From Oligoflexales bacterium (lineage in GTDB: Bacteria > Bdellovibrionota_B > Oligoflexia > Oligoflexales > CAIYRB01): a stretch of 15,237 nt of DNA. The notes beneath the pieces are model-generated. The model did no database searches and had not been told where the DNA came from. It saw nothing but the letters and a program-made list of their open reading frames with translations. Below are positions 1 to 7,330 of the stretch, one piece after another. The DNA is taken from NCBI GenBank assembly GCA_041736175.1, contig JBGSUI010000060.1, positions 1 through 15,237 of the forward strand. Reading direction: 5' to 3'. Each line of letters opens with the position of its first letter. The stretch's first letter is position 1. A program made the translations under genes and the position numbers.

Positions 1-2
1 GA

Positions 3-98
3 CGTGGAGCCAAACATAAGCCGCAGGAAGCGATAGCGACCTGCGCACCTGTGGTAGAAGCGTCAAAAAAGAAAAGGAAAGCAGCGAAAGCTGCTTGA
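3..98 (+). CDS. Possible C-terminal tail of TnpB (partial; RGAKHKPQEAIATCAPVVEASKKKRKAAKAA*)
   Basis: Frame is open from the window edge to TGA at 96-98 and overlaps the omega-RNA-like region, as tnpB 3' ends commonly do. No diagnostic RuvC or zinc-finger motif is inside the window, and frame 1 (stop 34-36) is an alternative. Confidence 0.35.
   Translation, partial: RGAKHKPQEAIATCAPVVEASKKKRKAAKAA
65..96 (-). terminator. Hairpin AAGCAGC-GAAA-GCTGCTT with flanking A-tract; could act as an intrinsic terminator on the minus strand
   Basis: Perfect 7-bp stem at 79-85/90-96. The plus-strand purine tract at 65-80 reads as a U-rich tail after the stem on the minus strand. It may simply be an omega-RNA stem. 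Confidence 0.3.
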
Positions 99-138
99 CC
101 TTGGAAGCCGCACCCCTTTAGGGGTGCTGGTAGTTCAC

Positions 139-1509
139 AAAAGACATATCGGCGATGTGGTCAGCCGCTTTTCTTCGACAGATCATATTCGTAGCCTCCT
201 TACAGGCACGCTGGTCTCCAGTATGATCGACGGCTTTATGGCGCTGTTTATGGGGATCTTGATGCTGTTATACTCACCCCTTTTGACCTTAATTTCTGCT
301 GTCTTTGTCGCAATATTTGTGATCTTTAGGTTGACGTTTTTTAGATTGATGCGGCAAATGTCTGAATCGACAATCGTAGCCTCTGCAAAAGCTGACTCCA
401 ATTTTATGGAGACCGTCCGGGGCATCCAAAGCATCAAAGTCTTTGGCAAAGAAGCGGACCGCCAGCGTCTATGGAAAAAACATTTTCTCGACGTCATAGG
501 AACCAACACTCGTTTAGGGATGTTTTCTGCAAATATCTCTGCCGCCGAATCCATGCTGTCAACCTTAGAGACGGCTTTGATTGTCTTTATAGGGGCCAAT
601 TTTGTGATCAACGGGTCGTTTACACCCGGTATGTTTATCGCCTTTTTTTCCTATCACGGCCAATTTTCGGGCAAGGCTCTCTCCTTGCTTGAAAATCTCC
701 TCGACTATAAAATGCTTGACCTTCACCTATCGCGGCTTGCGGATATTGTGCTTAGCCCTATCCACAAAAAAACTCAGTCCTTAGGGATAGGGCCAGCGAA
801 AGAACAAGCAGCACCAACTCTTCCAATGGATCTACCAATGGAAGGAAGTCTCAGGATTGAAAACCTTGGTTTTCGCTTTGGAGCCGATGATCCGTGGCTT
901 TTTCGAAATCTCAGTATCACCGTAAAGCCAGGTGAATGCGTTGTCATTGCCGGTCCCTCTGGATGTGGCAAATCAACTCTGGCCAAAATCATCCTCGGGT
1001 TGATCAACCCCGTCGAGGGTAGTGTTTTTATCGGCGGACACCCTCCCCTAAAGTTTTTAGGAAAAGACAACTCTCTCCTGAGCTCTGGTGTGATGCAAGA
1101 GGACCAACTTTTTTCGGGAACCATCGCTGACAATCTTACTTTTTTTGACCCCATACCTGATGAATCTCGTCTGCATCAAAGTGCCCGACTTGCCGCCATC
1201 GAGACCGAGATCATGGGGATGCCCATGGGCTACCACAGTCTTTTGGGAGATATGGGGTCTGTTTTATCCACTGGCCAAAAACAGCGGCTACTCCTGGCAA
1301 GGGCCCTTTATGCCCAACCCAAAATCCTGGTCTTAGATGAAGCCACCTGCCACCTGGATAGCGGCCTAGAGCAGACCCTGTTGGCGACTCTGAGCAGCCT
1401 CCCCATCACCCGGATCATCATCACCCATAGGCCACAAACCATCGCTTTTGCTCACCACAGGATTGCCCTTGGGTCGCAAAATCCAGTTCAACCCACACTC
1501 AATAAGTGA
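139..1509 (+). pseudogene. 3' portion of a peptidase-containing (PCAT, CvaB/RaxB-like) type I secretion ABC transporter, interrupted by the IS
   Basis: Begins mid-membrane-domain at KRHIGDVVSRF, followed by ETVRGIQSIKVF, TM helices, Walker A GPSGCGKS, Q-loop VMQED, signature LSTGQKQR, Walker B LVLDEAT and H-loop ITHR. The C39 peptidase domain and first TM helices are absent. The track's GTG start at 124 lies inside the IS hairpin. Confidence 0.85.
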
Positions 1510-1515
1510 CGACCG

Positions 1516-4500
1516 TTACCAATTATCTGTATCGACTGACGCCGGGGGCTGGTCGATTCCAGGGTCACTGGGATTGCCGTCCATATTGGGGTTGTTTATG
1601 TTCTTAAAGATATCGGGATTCTCGTTTCCTCCAACAGAGGTTTCCTGGGGATTTGCGGCAGGTTCCGTTTTGGGGTCGCGGTTACCATCCTCATCATAGA
1701 CCCGGGAGTCCTCATCGATGGCGGTTGGGGGTTGGTTCCCTAGATTTTTGTTAGGATTCGCCAACGCCTGTTGCGCTGAGGGCGGGGATTTGATCTCGAT
1801 CTTGGTGGGCACCGGCATCTTGATATTGGTATCTGCTTTATAGGGACTAAACACCCGCAAAGGTACTCCCCCCTTATCCAGGGGCATCTGTATCGAGGCT
1901 TGGACGACGTTGACCTTGTGCTCGTTAAAGGCCGACTCGCCAGCTTTAGAGCTATCAGAAAGCGACACAGATTCCTGATCGCCCCCCTTACCGCCTACCA
2001 CTACACCACGGGCCATGTCGACGGCGACCATAGAAGCTCGCGGGTCTTTTTTAACACTCCATTCTTGTCTTTGGACCATGGTTAAGTCGAGGGGATCGAT
2101 AAAGTCTTTAAACTTCTTTTTGTCTATAATCTCCTTAGCCAGGCCAATCCAAGCCGGCAAGGCGCCGATCGCACCGGACACTTTAATGGCGCCGTTTTGC
2201 ATCGTCTTATTCAGGTCGTAGCCCGTATAGGCCGCCAAAACGTAGCTATTGTCAGGTTCAAGGGGTTGGCCTTTTGCGGTAGGATAGGGCATAAAACCCG
2301 CAAAATTGGCGTTATTATAGTCGTTGGTCGTCCCTGTTTTGCCGTAGACCGGAATCCTGATTTTCTTTTCGTCCTTACTTCCCGGCTCCCCTAAGGACAT
2401 ATAAATCTCGGAGCGGGCCCGACGCCCCGTTCCATGGGTCACCACGCGGGCCAGCATTTCACGCATCTGCAGCCCGAGTTCGGGTGGAACCAGTTGGTAC
2501 TCGGAGGGCTTGGGTTCGAACAGGACGTTGCCATGTCGATCGACGATTTTGCGGATAAAGTTGATTTGGTTAGGAGGCCCCTCTTTATAATAACGATAGG
2601 TCTTACCGCTCACAAAAGTCTGATAGATTTTTGCTACCTCGGAAAGGGTCACCACATTGGTACCTAGGGGAAACGATTGCACTGGCTCGATCTCGCTGGT
2701 GACACCCATGGCCTTGGCCAAATTCACAAGGTAGTTAAGACCCACGGCGATTCTGAAATCATGGTGCTGAAAATAGCGAGGCAGATCATACTCGTCCGTC
2801 CGCGCCATAGCCTCTGAGTAATTCTTATCGACATACTGGGCCAATGCCTGCTGGTAGCCATAGGAAAACCAGCCATCCAGCTGGACATCAACGAGATTGA
2901 TCCCCGCTGATCCAAACAGGGCGTTACCACCCCAGATCGCCTGCACATCCATAGCTGTGAGAAACCGCCCCGCAGGTTGGATCAACCGTTCGATTTCCGC
3001 TTGGTGCCGGTAGGTTCCCGCTGGTTTTTCTCCATCAAGGTCCATCACAAACCCAAGCCCCGGTTTGGAGAGTCCAGGAAGGACCCGAAAATGCCGGATC
3101 ACCTTTTGAAAGGCTGGATCGTTGAAGGCCTGCTCAGCCCCCTTTTGGTCGACCATGGTCGCCACAAACTGCCACTCCCCCGCAAGCTGGGTCGCCAGGG
3201 CCTGCATCCGAGTAAAGTTATTGCTGACGAGATTGATTTTGATCGCTCTTTGGTTGGCCGTTAAATCGTCTTTGGCACTGTAGATATTTTCCATCTCGGC
3301 CGCATATCCCCGGCCCCACCACATTTTCTTGAGCCGACTTTGGAAATCGGACGAGGTATTCATCTGGATATCGAGCATCAGGTCGTCGACCGCATTGTGA
3401 ATCTGAAACTCTCGAACCCCTTCGTTGTCCAGGGTCACGCCCATGGCTCGGGCTACACGGTAGTGAAAGTCTTTAGGGAGTTCTCCCGGCTTAGGTGCTA
3501 GATCCATGACTTGGAGCAGCTGCTTAAACTGGTCTAAGTTGATCTTGTCGAGGAGGCGACAGGCAAGATGAACCGAAGCCAAGTTTTCCGACGTCACCCC
3601 AGCCCACATGATCGACACGTCTCGGTAGGGAGAATCATGATCGGGTCTCGGATAGTAAAAGCGCCCTTGGTAGGGAAAGATTTGTCTTTCGTTATCCAGC
3701 CGATCGAGGATCGACCAGCCTAACTGGAGGGCTGCAAAGTAAACCACAGGTTTAAAGACCGACCCTGGCTGCCGTCGCGCATGGACTGAGCGGTTAAACC
3801 CTTTGGTGTCAAACCCCGAGACCACCGCGCGGACTTCGCCTTTATCAAGGGCGATCAAACCACCGTTGACGATCGGGCGTTTCATAAGTTCACAGATGCC
3901 GTGGTGTTTTTCTTCGTTGTACTCTTTAACCTCCGTAAACAGAATATCTCCAGGCTTGATGCTCTTCATCATCGTCCCCAGTTCTTTTTCCCAGCCCCGA
4001 TACCAAGGCAGGTCCACCAGCTTGGCATAGCGCATCAGGGATTCAAACGGAACCGTGCAAGAGTTGATATCGCCAAAAGAAAGGATAATCTCGGGCTCTT
4101 TTTCGGTCCCCCGGATGCTATCGACTTTTCCAAAGTAAAATTCGTTGACTTCAAGAGACCTTCTCGATTTAAAGAATTCCTCTTTTTCGGGCTTAAAACC
4201 TTTTAGAATCGTATCGAGCCTAGCTAGATTCCGTCGCACCGCAAGCTGAGCAGCTTTTTGGAGTTCGCCATCGATGGTGGTATAGATTTTAAGACCGGCC
4301 CCCGAGAGTTCCCTTGGGTCTTCCAAACCCAGGGCGTCGAGGACCTCCTTTTTTTCCAGCTCGGTGCGAATGAGCTGCACAAGAGCCACCTCGTCCGATC
4401 GAAACTCCCCACGATTAAACCGGACTGGTTGGTCAAGGGCAGCTTTAAACTCAGCTTGGGTGATCCACTTTTGTTGGTACATACGGCGGAGCACGTAGTT

Positions 4501-5226
4501 TTTGCGGTTAAAGGCTCGCTTGATGGCTAACTGTCTTTTGTCCCGGGTGTATTTGATAAAAGGATCGTATTGGGAAGGTCCTTTCACCGATCCGGCGATA
4601 AAAGCAGATTCGATCAAATCGAGGTCGCGGACCTCTTTATTGAAATAATATTTCGCGGCAATTCCGACGCCGCGACCATTTCCTGACACATGAAACTGAT
4701 TCAGGTAAAATTCAAGAATCTCGGCTTTGGTGTAGTGCTTTTCCATCTGCAGCGCCGCTATCCACTCTTTGAGCTTACGGGAAAGGGTCGGGTCCCACCA
4801 ACCCAAAATATTGCGCACCGTTTGTTGGGTCAGGGTGGAAGCCCCTCGCATCCGACCACCCTGCAGGTATAGGGCCACTGCGGAAAAAATAGCTGATGGG
4901 TCGATTCCATGGTGTTTATAAAAATTCTTATCTTCGGCAGCGATCAGTGCATTGAGTAGATGGGCAGGTACCTCTTCGATTTTGACATAGCGGCGATGGG
5001 CATCCGCAAAGATGGAGCCGATTTGGGTTTGTTCATCGAGCATGTAGATGTTGGTTTCTTCGTTGATCCTCGCCATAATGGTCGACCTTTTAAGGGCCGA
5101 ATCATCGCTAAAATAAACCATGCCATAAACCACGGCGAGAATGCCCAAGAAACCCGATAGGGCTCCCACTGTCAAAAGTCCGGTCATCCACAAAAAAAAC
5201 TTTAAGATCCGTCCCATGATTCCCAC
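1516..5226 (-). CDS. Class A penicillin-binding protein (PBP1A-like transglycosylase/transpeptidase), unusually large (1236 aa)
   Basis: N-terminal TM anchor; transglycosylase motifs AEDKNFYKHHGID, GASTLTQQ, RKLKE, EILEFYLN; transpeptidase motifs SxxK (PGSVFKP), SxN (SEN) and KTG (GKTGTT). GAGGAG lies 8 nt upstream of the GTG start. Confidence 0.95.
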   Translation of the reverse strand: MGIMGRILKFFLWMTGLLTVGALSGFLGILAVVYGMVYFSDDSALKRSTIMARINEETNIYMLDEQTQIGSIFADAHRRYVKIEEVPAHLLNALIAAEDKNFYKHHGIDPSAIFSAVALYLQGGRMRGASTLTQQTVRNILGWWDPTLSRKLKEWIAALQMEKHYTKAEILEFYLNQFHVSGNGRGVGIAAKYYFNKEVRDLDLIESAFIAGSVKGPSQYDPFIKYTRDKRQLAIKRAFNRKNYVLRRMYQQKWITQAEFKAALDQPVRFNRGEFRSDEVALVQLIRTELEKKEVLDALGLEDPRELSGAGLKIYTTIDGELQKAAQLAVRRNLARLDTILKGFKPEKEEFFKSRRSLEVNEFYFGKVDSIRGTEKEPEIILSFGDINSCTVPFESLMRYAKLVDLPWYRGWEKELGTMMKSIKPGDILFTEVKEYNEEKHHGICELMKRPIVNGGLIALDKGEVRAVVSGFDTKGFNRSVHARRQPGSVFKPVVYFAALQLGWSILDRLDNERQIFPYQGRFYYPRPDHDSPYRDVSIMWAGVTSENLASVHLACRLLDKINLDQFKQLLQVMDLAPKPGELPKDFHYRVARAMGVTLDNEGVREFQIHNAVDDLMLDIQMNTSSDFQSRLKKMWWGRGYAAEMENIYSAKDDLTANQRAIKINLVSNNFTRMQALATQLAGEWQFVATMVDQKGAEQAFNDPAFQKVIRHFRVLPGLSKPGLGFVMDLDGEKPAGTYRHQAEIERLIQPAGRFLTAMDVQAIWGGNALFGSAGINLVDVQLDGWFSYGYQQALAQYVDKNYSEAMARTDEYDLPRYFQHHDFRIAVGLNYLVNLAKAMGVTSEIEPVQSFPLGTNVVTLSEVAKIYQTFVSGKTYRYYKEGPPNQINFIRKIVDRHGNVLFEPKPSEYQLVPPELGLQMREMLARVVTHGTGRRARSEIYMSLGEPGSKDEKKIRIPVYGKTGTTNDYNNANFAGFMPYPTAKGQPLEPDNSYVLAAYTGYDLNKTMQNGAIKVSGAIGALPAWIGLAKEIIDKKKFKDFIDPLDLTMVQRQEWSVKKDPRASMVAVDMARGVVVGGKGGDQESVSLSDSSKAGESAFNEHKVNVVQASIQMPLDKGGVPLRVFSPYKADTNIKMPVPTKIEIKSPPSAQQALANPNKNLGNQPPTAIDEDSRVYDEDGNRDPKTEPAANPQETSVGGNENPDIFKNINNPNMDGNPSDPGIDQPPASVDTDNW

Positions 5227-5266
5227 GCCCGCTGCTCCTCAAAAACCTTGGATTTTAAATTCTTTA

Positions 5267-5333
5267 AGTATTTCAAATAAATACTAGGTTTATCGATGAT
5301 CTAACGACAACTTATCGGTGATTTACCGATGAT
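5267..5333. promoter_or_regulatory. Divergent promoter region with candidate operator repeats
   Basis: Inverted repeat AGTATTT-N5-AAATACT (5267-5285). Tandem 11-bp units TTATCGATGAT (5290), CTAACGACAAC (5301, degenerate), TTATCGGTGAT (5312), TTACCGATGAT (5323). Confidence 0.55.
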
Positions 5334-5408
5334 TCAAGACTCTCCCCATCCTCAAACATAGTCCCATGGTATCATAGACAAGACAAGCACTCACTGGAGA
5401 CCATAGTT

Positions 5409-6494
5409 ATGGCGAACCCGATCCCCAAATCCGTCTTCATCTGGGGTCTATTTGTAACGATGCCCGTGACAACTCCCTGCCACGGTCGGGTTTTGACTTC
5501 GATGAGCGATATTGCCGAAAAAGCCATCCCCGGTGTGGTGAATATTCGCACCACGAGCTATGTAAGCCGCAAAGATCCGCAGTTGGATCTGTATCAGTTT
5601 TTTTTAAAAGGCTCCATCCCCCAAAGTGCGACCACCCATGCCGTAGGCTCGGGGGTTGTCATCGACTCCTCGGGACATATTCTCACCAATTTCCATGTTG
5701 TTGAACAGGCAAGTGTTATAGAAGTTTTGTTTGCCAAATCAAAACGCAAAGTCCGGGCCAAAGTCGTGGGAACCGACCCAAAAACCGACCTTGCACTCCT
5801 CTCCGTGAAACCTGTCCCACAGATGACGGCCCTCGACCTCGGCGACAGTGACTCCCTTAAGGTCGGCGATCTGGTGCTGGCCATCGGCAATCCTTTTGGC
5901 TACGCCCACACGGTGACGAGCGGTATTATTTCGGCCAAAGGCCGGGTGATTGGAACCGGTCCTTATGACGATTTTCTTCAGACCGATGCCTCGATCCATC
6001 CAGGTAATTCCGGAGGACCTCTGATCGATATCCGCGGTCGGGTGATCGGAATCAACACGGCGGTGGCCTCGGAAGGTCCAGGGATTGGTTTTGCCACGCC
6101 CATCAATCTAGCTCGCAAAGTCGTGGCCGAACTCAAATCTTTTGGCAAGGTCCGTCGGCCCTTTATAGGAATCGTCGGCCAAAATATCCTTTCATCAGAC
6201 GAGATCGAAACCAAAGACGACGGCAGCCAAATATTCGGGGTGATCGTCCAAAACCTGATCGTGGATGGACCAGCCCACAAGGCGGGCATGGCGATTGGCG
6301 ACCTCTTGATGGGATTAGACCAAGACAAGATTCAGGATATCAATTCCCTTGCCAAAATCATCACCGGCAAAAAAGCCAAGGACCGCGTGCAACTTCAGGT
6401 CTACCGTCGAGGCAAGGGTTTTTTAAAGCTAACGGCTACGCTAGAAGATACGCCGACGGCGGAAGATCTTCCAGTTGGCAAAGATTTATTTTGA
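5409..6494 (+). CDS. HtrA/DegP-family periplasmic serine protease (trypsin domain plus one PDZ)
   Basis: Signal-peptide-like N-terminus; GSGVVI, TNFHVV (His), DLALL (Asp), AIGNPFG, LQTDASIHPGNSGGPL (Ser); C-terminal PDZ (GPAHKAGMAIGD). GGAG RBS at 5396-5399. Confidence 0.95.
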   Translation: MANPIPKSVFIWGLFVTMPVTTPCHGRVLTSMSDIAEKAIPGVVNIRTTSYVSRKDPQLDLYQFFLKGSIPQSATTHAVGSGVVIDSSGHILTNFHVVEQASVIEVLFAKSKRKVRAKVVGTDPKTDLALLSVKPVPQMTALDLGDSDSLKVGDLVLAIGNPFGYAHTVTSGIISAKGRVIGTGPYDDFLQTDASIHPGNSGGPLIDIRGRVIGINTAVASEGPGIGFATPINLARKVVAELKSFGKVRRPFIGIVGQNILSSDEIETKDDGSQIFGVIVQNLIVDGPAHKAGMAIGDLLMGLDQDKIQDINSLAKIITGKKAKDRVQLQVYRRGKGFLKLTATLEDTPTAEDLPVGKDLF

Positions 6495-6600
6495 TTCGAG
6501 GTTGGCAGACCCCGCTCCTCTGTGGTTTCTTTTCAGGGATCGAAGGAACGAGGGCTTGAGGGAATGGGTCGGGGTCATCAACTTGGGGGTTTATCACTTT

Positions 6601-7188
6601 ATGTTTGCTATCTTCGCCAGCTTCGTCGGTCGTTTTATCTTTGCACTGCGGGGCTGGACCTGCGCACCGCTTCCAGCTTATTGGCAGGACCGCCAGGTGA
6701 TTATCGGCTTTCCCCACACCACGATTATGGATACCGTAATGGCCTTTGCAGCCTTTGCGATCGTCAAAAAGAAAGGCCATATCCTTGTCAAAGCCCAGGC
6801 CTTTCGGTGGCCCTTTGTCACTGTCCTCAAATGGCTCGGAGCGATTCCAGTGGACCGCAGTCAGGCGGGAGGGCTTGTTCAACAAATGGTCGAGGAATTT
6901 GCCAGTCGCAAGGAGTTTCACCTCTCCCTGGTGCCCGAGGGTACGCGCAAGCAGACTGATAAACTAAAAACTGGTTTCTGGTATATCGCTAAGGCCGCTC
7001 AAGTCCCCATCACCTGCTGGTATCTTGACAACCAACGCAAACAAACCGTTTGGGTCGGTCAGATCGTCCCAGGAGAGTCTTTAGAGGTCGACTTAAGGAC
7101 CATCCAAACCCTTTACCAACGGGTGGGCTGGGACATTAAGGGCATCGCCGCTGATCCTCCCCTGCAAGTGAGACGCCCAGTCCTCTAA
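6601..7188 (+). CDS. 1-acyl-sn-glycerol-3-phosphate acyltransferase family (PlsC-like/LPLAT)
   Basis: HxxxxD motif PHTTIMD, LGAIPVDR, PEGTR, KTGFWYIA. ATG at 6601 is preferred over the track start at 6475, which overlaps the protease gene. Confidence 0.9.
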   Translation: MFAIFASFVGRFIFALRGWTCAPLPAYWQDRQVIIGFPHTTIMDTVMAFAAFAIVKKKGHILVKAQAFRWPFVTVLKWLGAIPVDRSQAGGLVQQMVEEFASRKEFHLSLVPEGTRKQTDKLKTGFWYIAKAAQVPITCWYLDNQRKQTVWVGQIVPGESLEVDLRTIQTLYQRVGWDIKGIAADPPLQVRRPVL

Positions 7189-7330
7189 AAGTTCTTTACA
7201 CAAAAAATACCAACACTCGCCCTAAATCCTATAGCTTCCCGTAACGATGACCGTTAGAATCTGCGACACGCCGAGGACCCGCACGGGGGTACGACGGTCA
7301 AGATCGAGACGGATCATTAAGGGAGGCTTT

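Larger units (their letters stand above)
1..138 (+). mobile_element. Right end of an IS200/IS605-family (TnpB-encoding) insertion sequence; the rest lies upstream of the window
   Basis: GAAG (104-107), then hairpin GCACCCC-TTTA-GGGGTGC (110-127), then TGGTAGT-TCAC ending at 138. This matches the IS200/IS605 right-end layout of guide tetranucleotide, subterminal hairpin and TCA(A/C) cleavage site. Host ABC transporter coding sequence resumes at 139. Confidence 0.85.
1..156 (+). ncRNA. 3' part of a TnpB omega-RNA (reRNA) scaffold plus predicted flank-derived guide (~139-156, AAAAGACATATCGGCGAT)
   Basis: GACG-TGGAG (1-9) ... ATAAG ... GAAG-CGTC (57-64), with GACG/CGTC complementary, resembles the CCTGTGGAG...GTAAG...GAAGCAGG pattern of TnpB omega-RNAs. 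Internal stem CGCAGG (22-27)/CCTGCG (40-45), GAAA-tetraloop hairpin 79-96, terminal hairpin 110-127. Guide length is inferred from family knowledge. Confidence 0.65.

Noticed and set aside
124..138. GTG start and MLVVH N-terminus of the 461-aa track ORF
   Set aside because: These bases belong to the IS right-end hairpin and terminus, no RBS is evident, and transporter-like sequence begins only at 139.
1..138. IStron (group I intron-IS hybrid) that would splice out and leave the transporter functional
   Set aside because: Group I introns end in G, whereas this element appears to end in TCAC. No intron core is visible, although the 5' part is outside the window.
5290..5333. CRISPR or mini-array
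   Set aside because: The units are 11 bp and abut without spacers, and no cas genes are present.
5995..6020. HPGNSGG instead of the usual NPGNSGG in the protease
   Set aside because: The catalytic His, Asp and Ser are intact; a single substitution is not evidence of altered function.
6530..6555. SRP (4.5S) RNA, suggested by TCAGG...GAAGGAA within a long hairpin
   Set aside because: It lacks the GNRA-closed helix 8 and the AGCAG motif of bacterial SRP RNA.
6475..6600. N-terminal extensions of the track ORFs for the acyltransferase (6475) and likewise tkt (7247)
   Set aside because: They show no family-like sequence, and better RBS-associated starts exist at 6601 and 7331.
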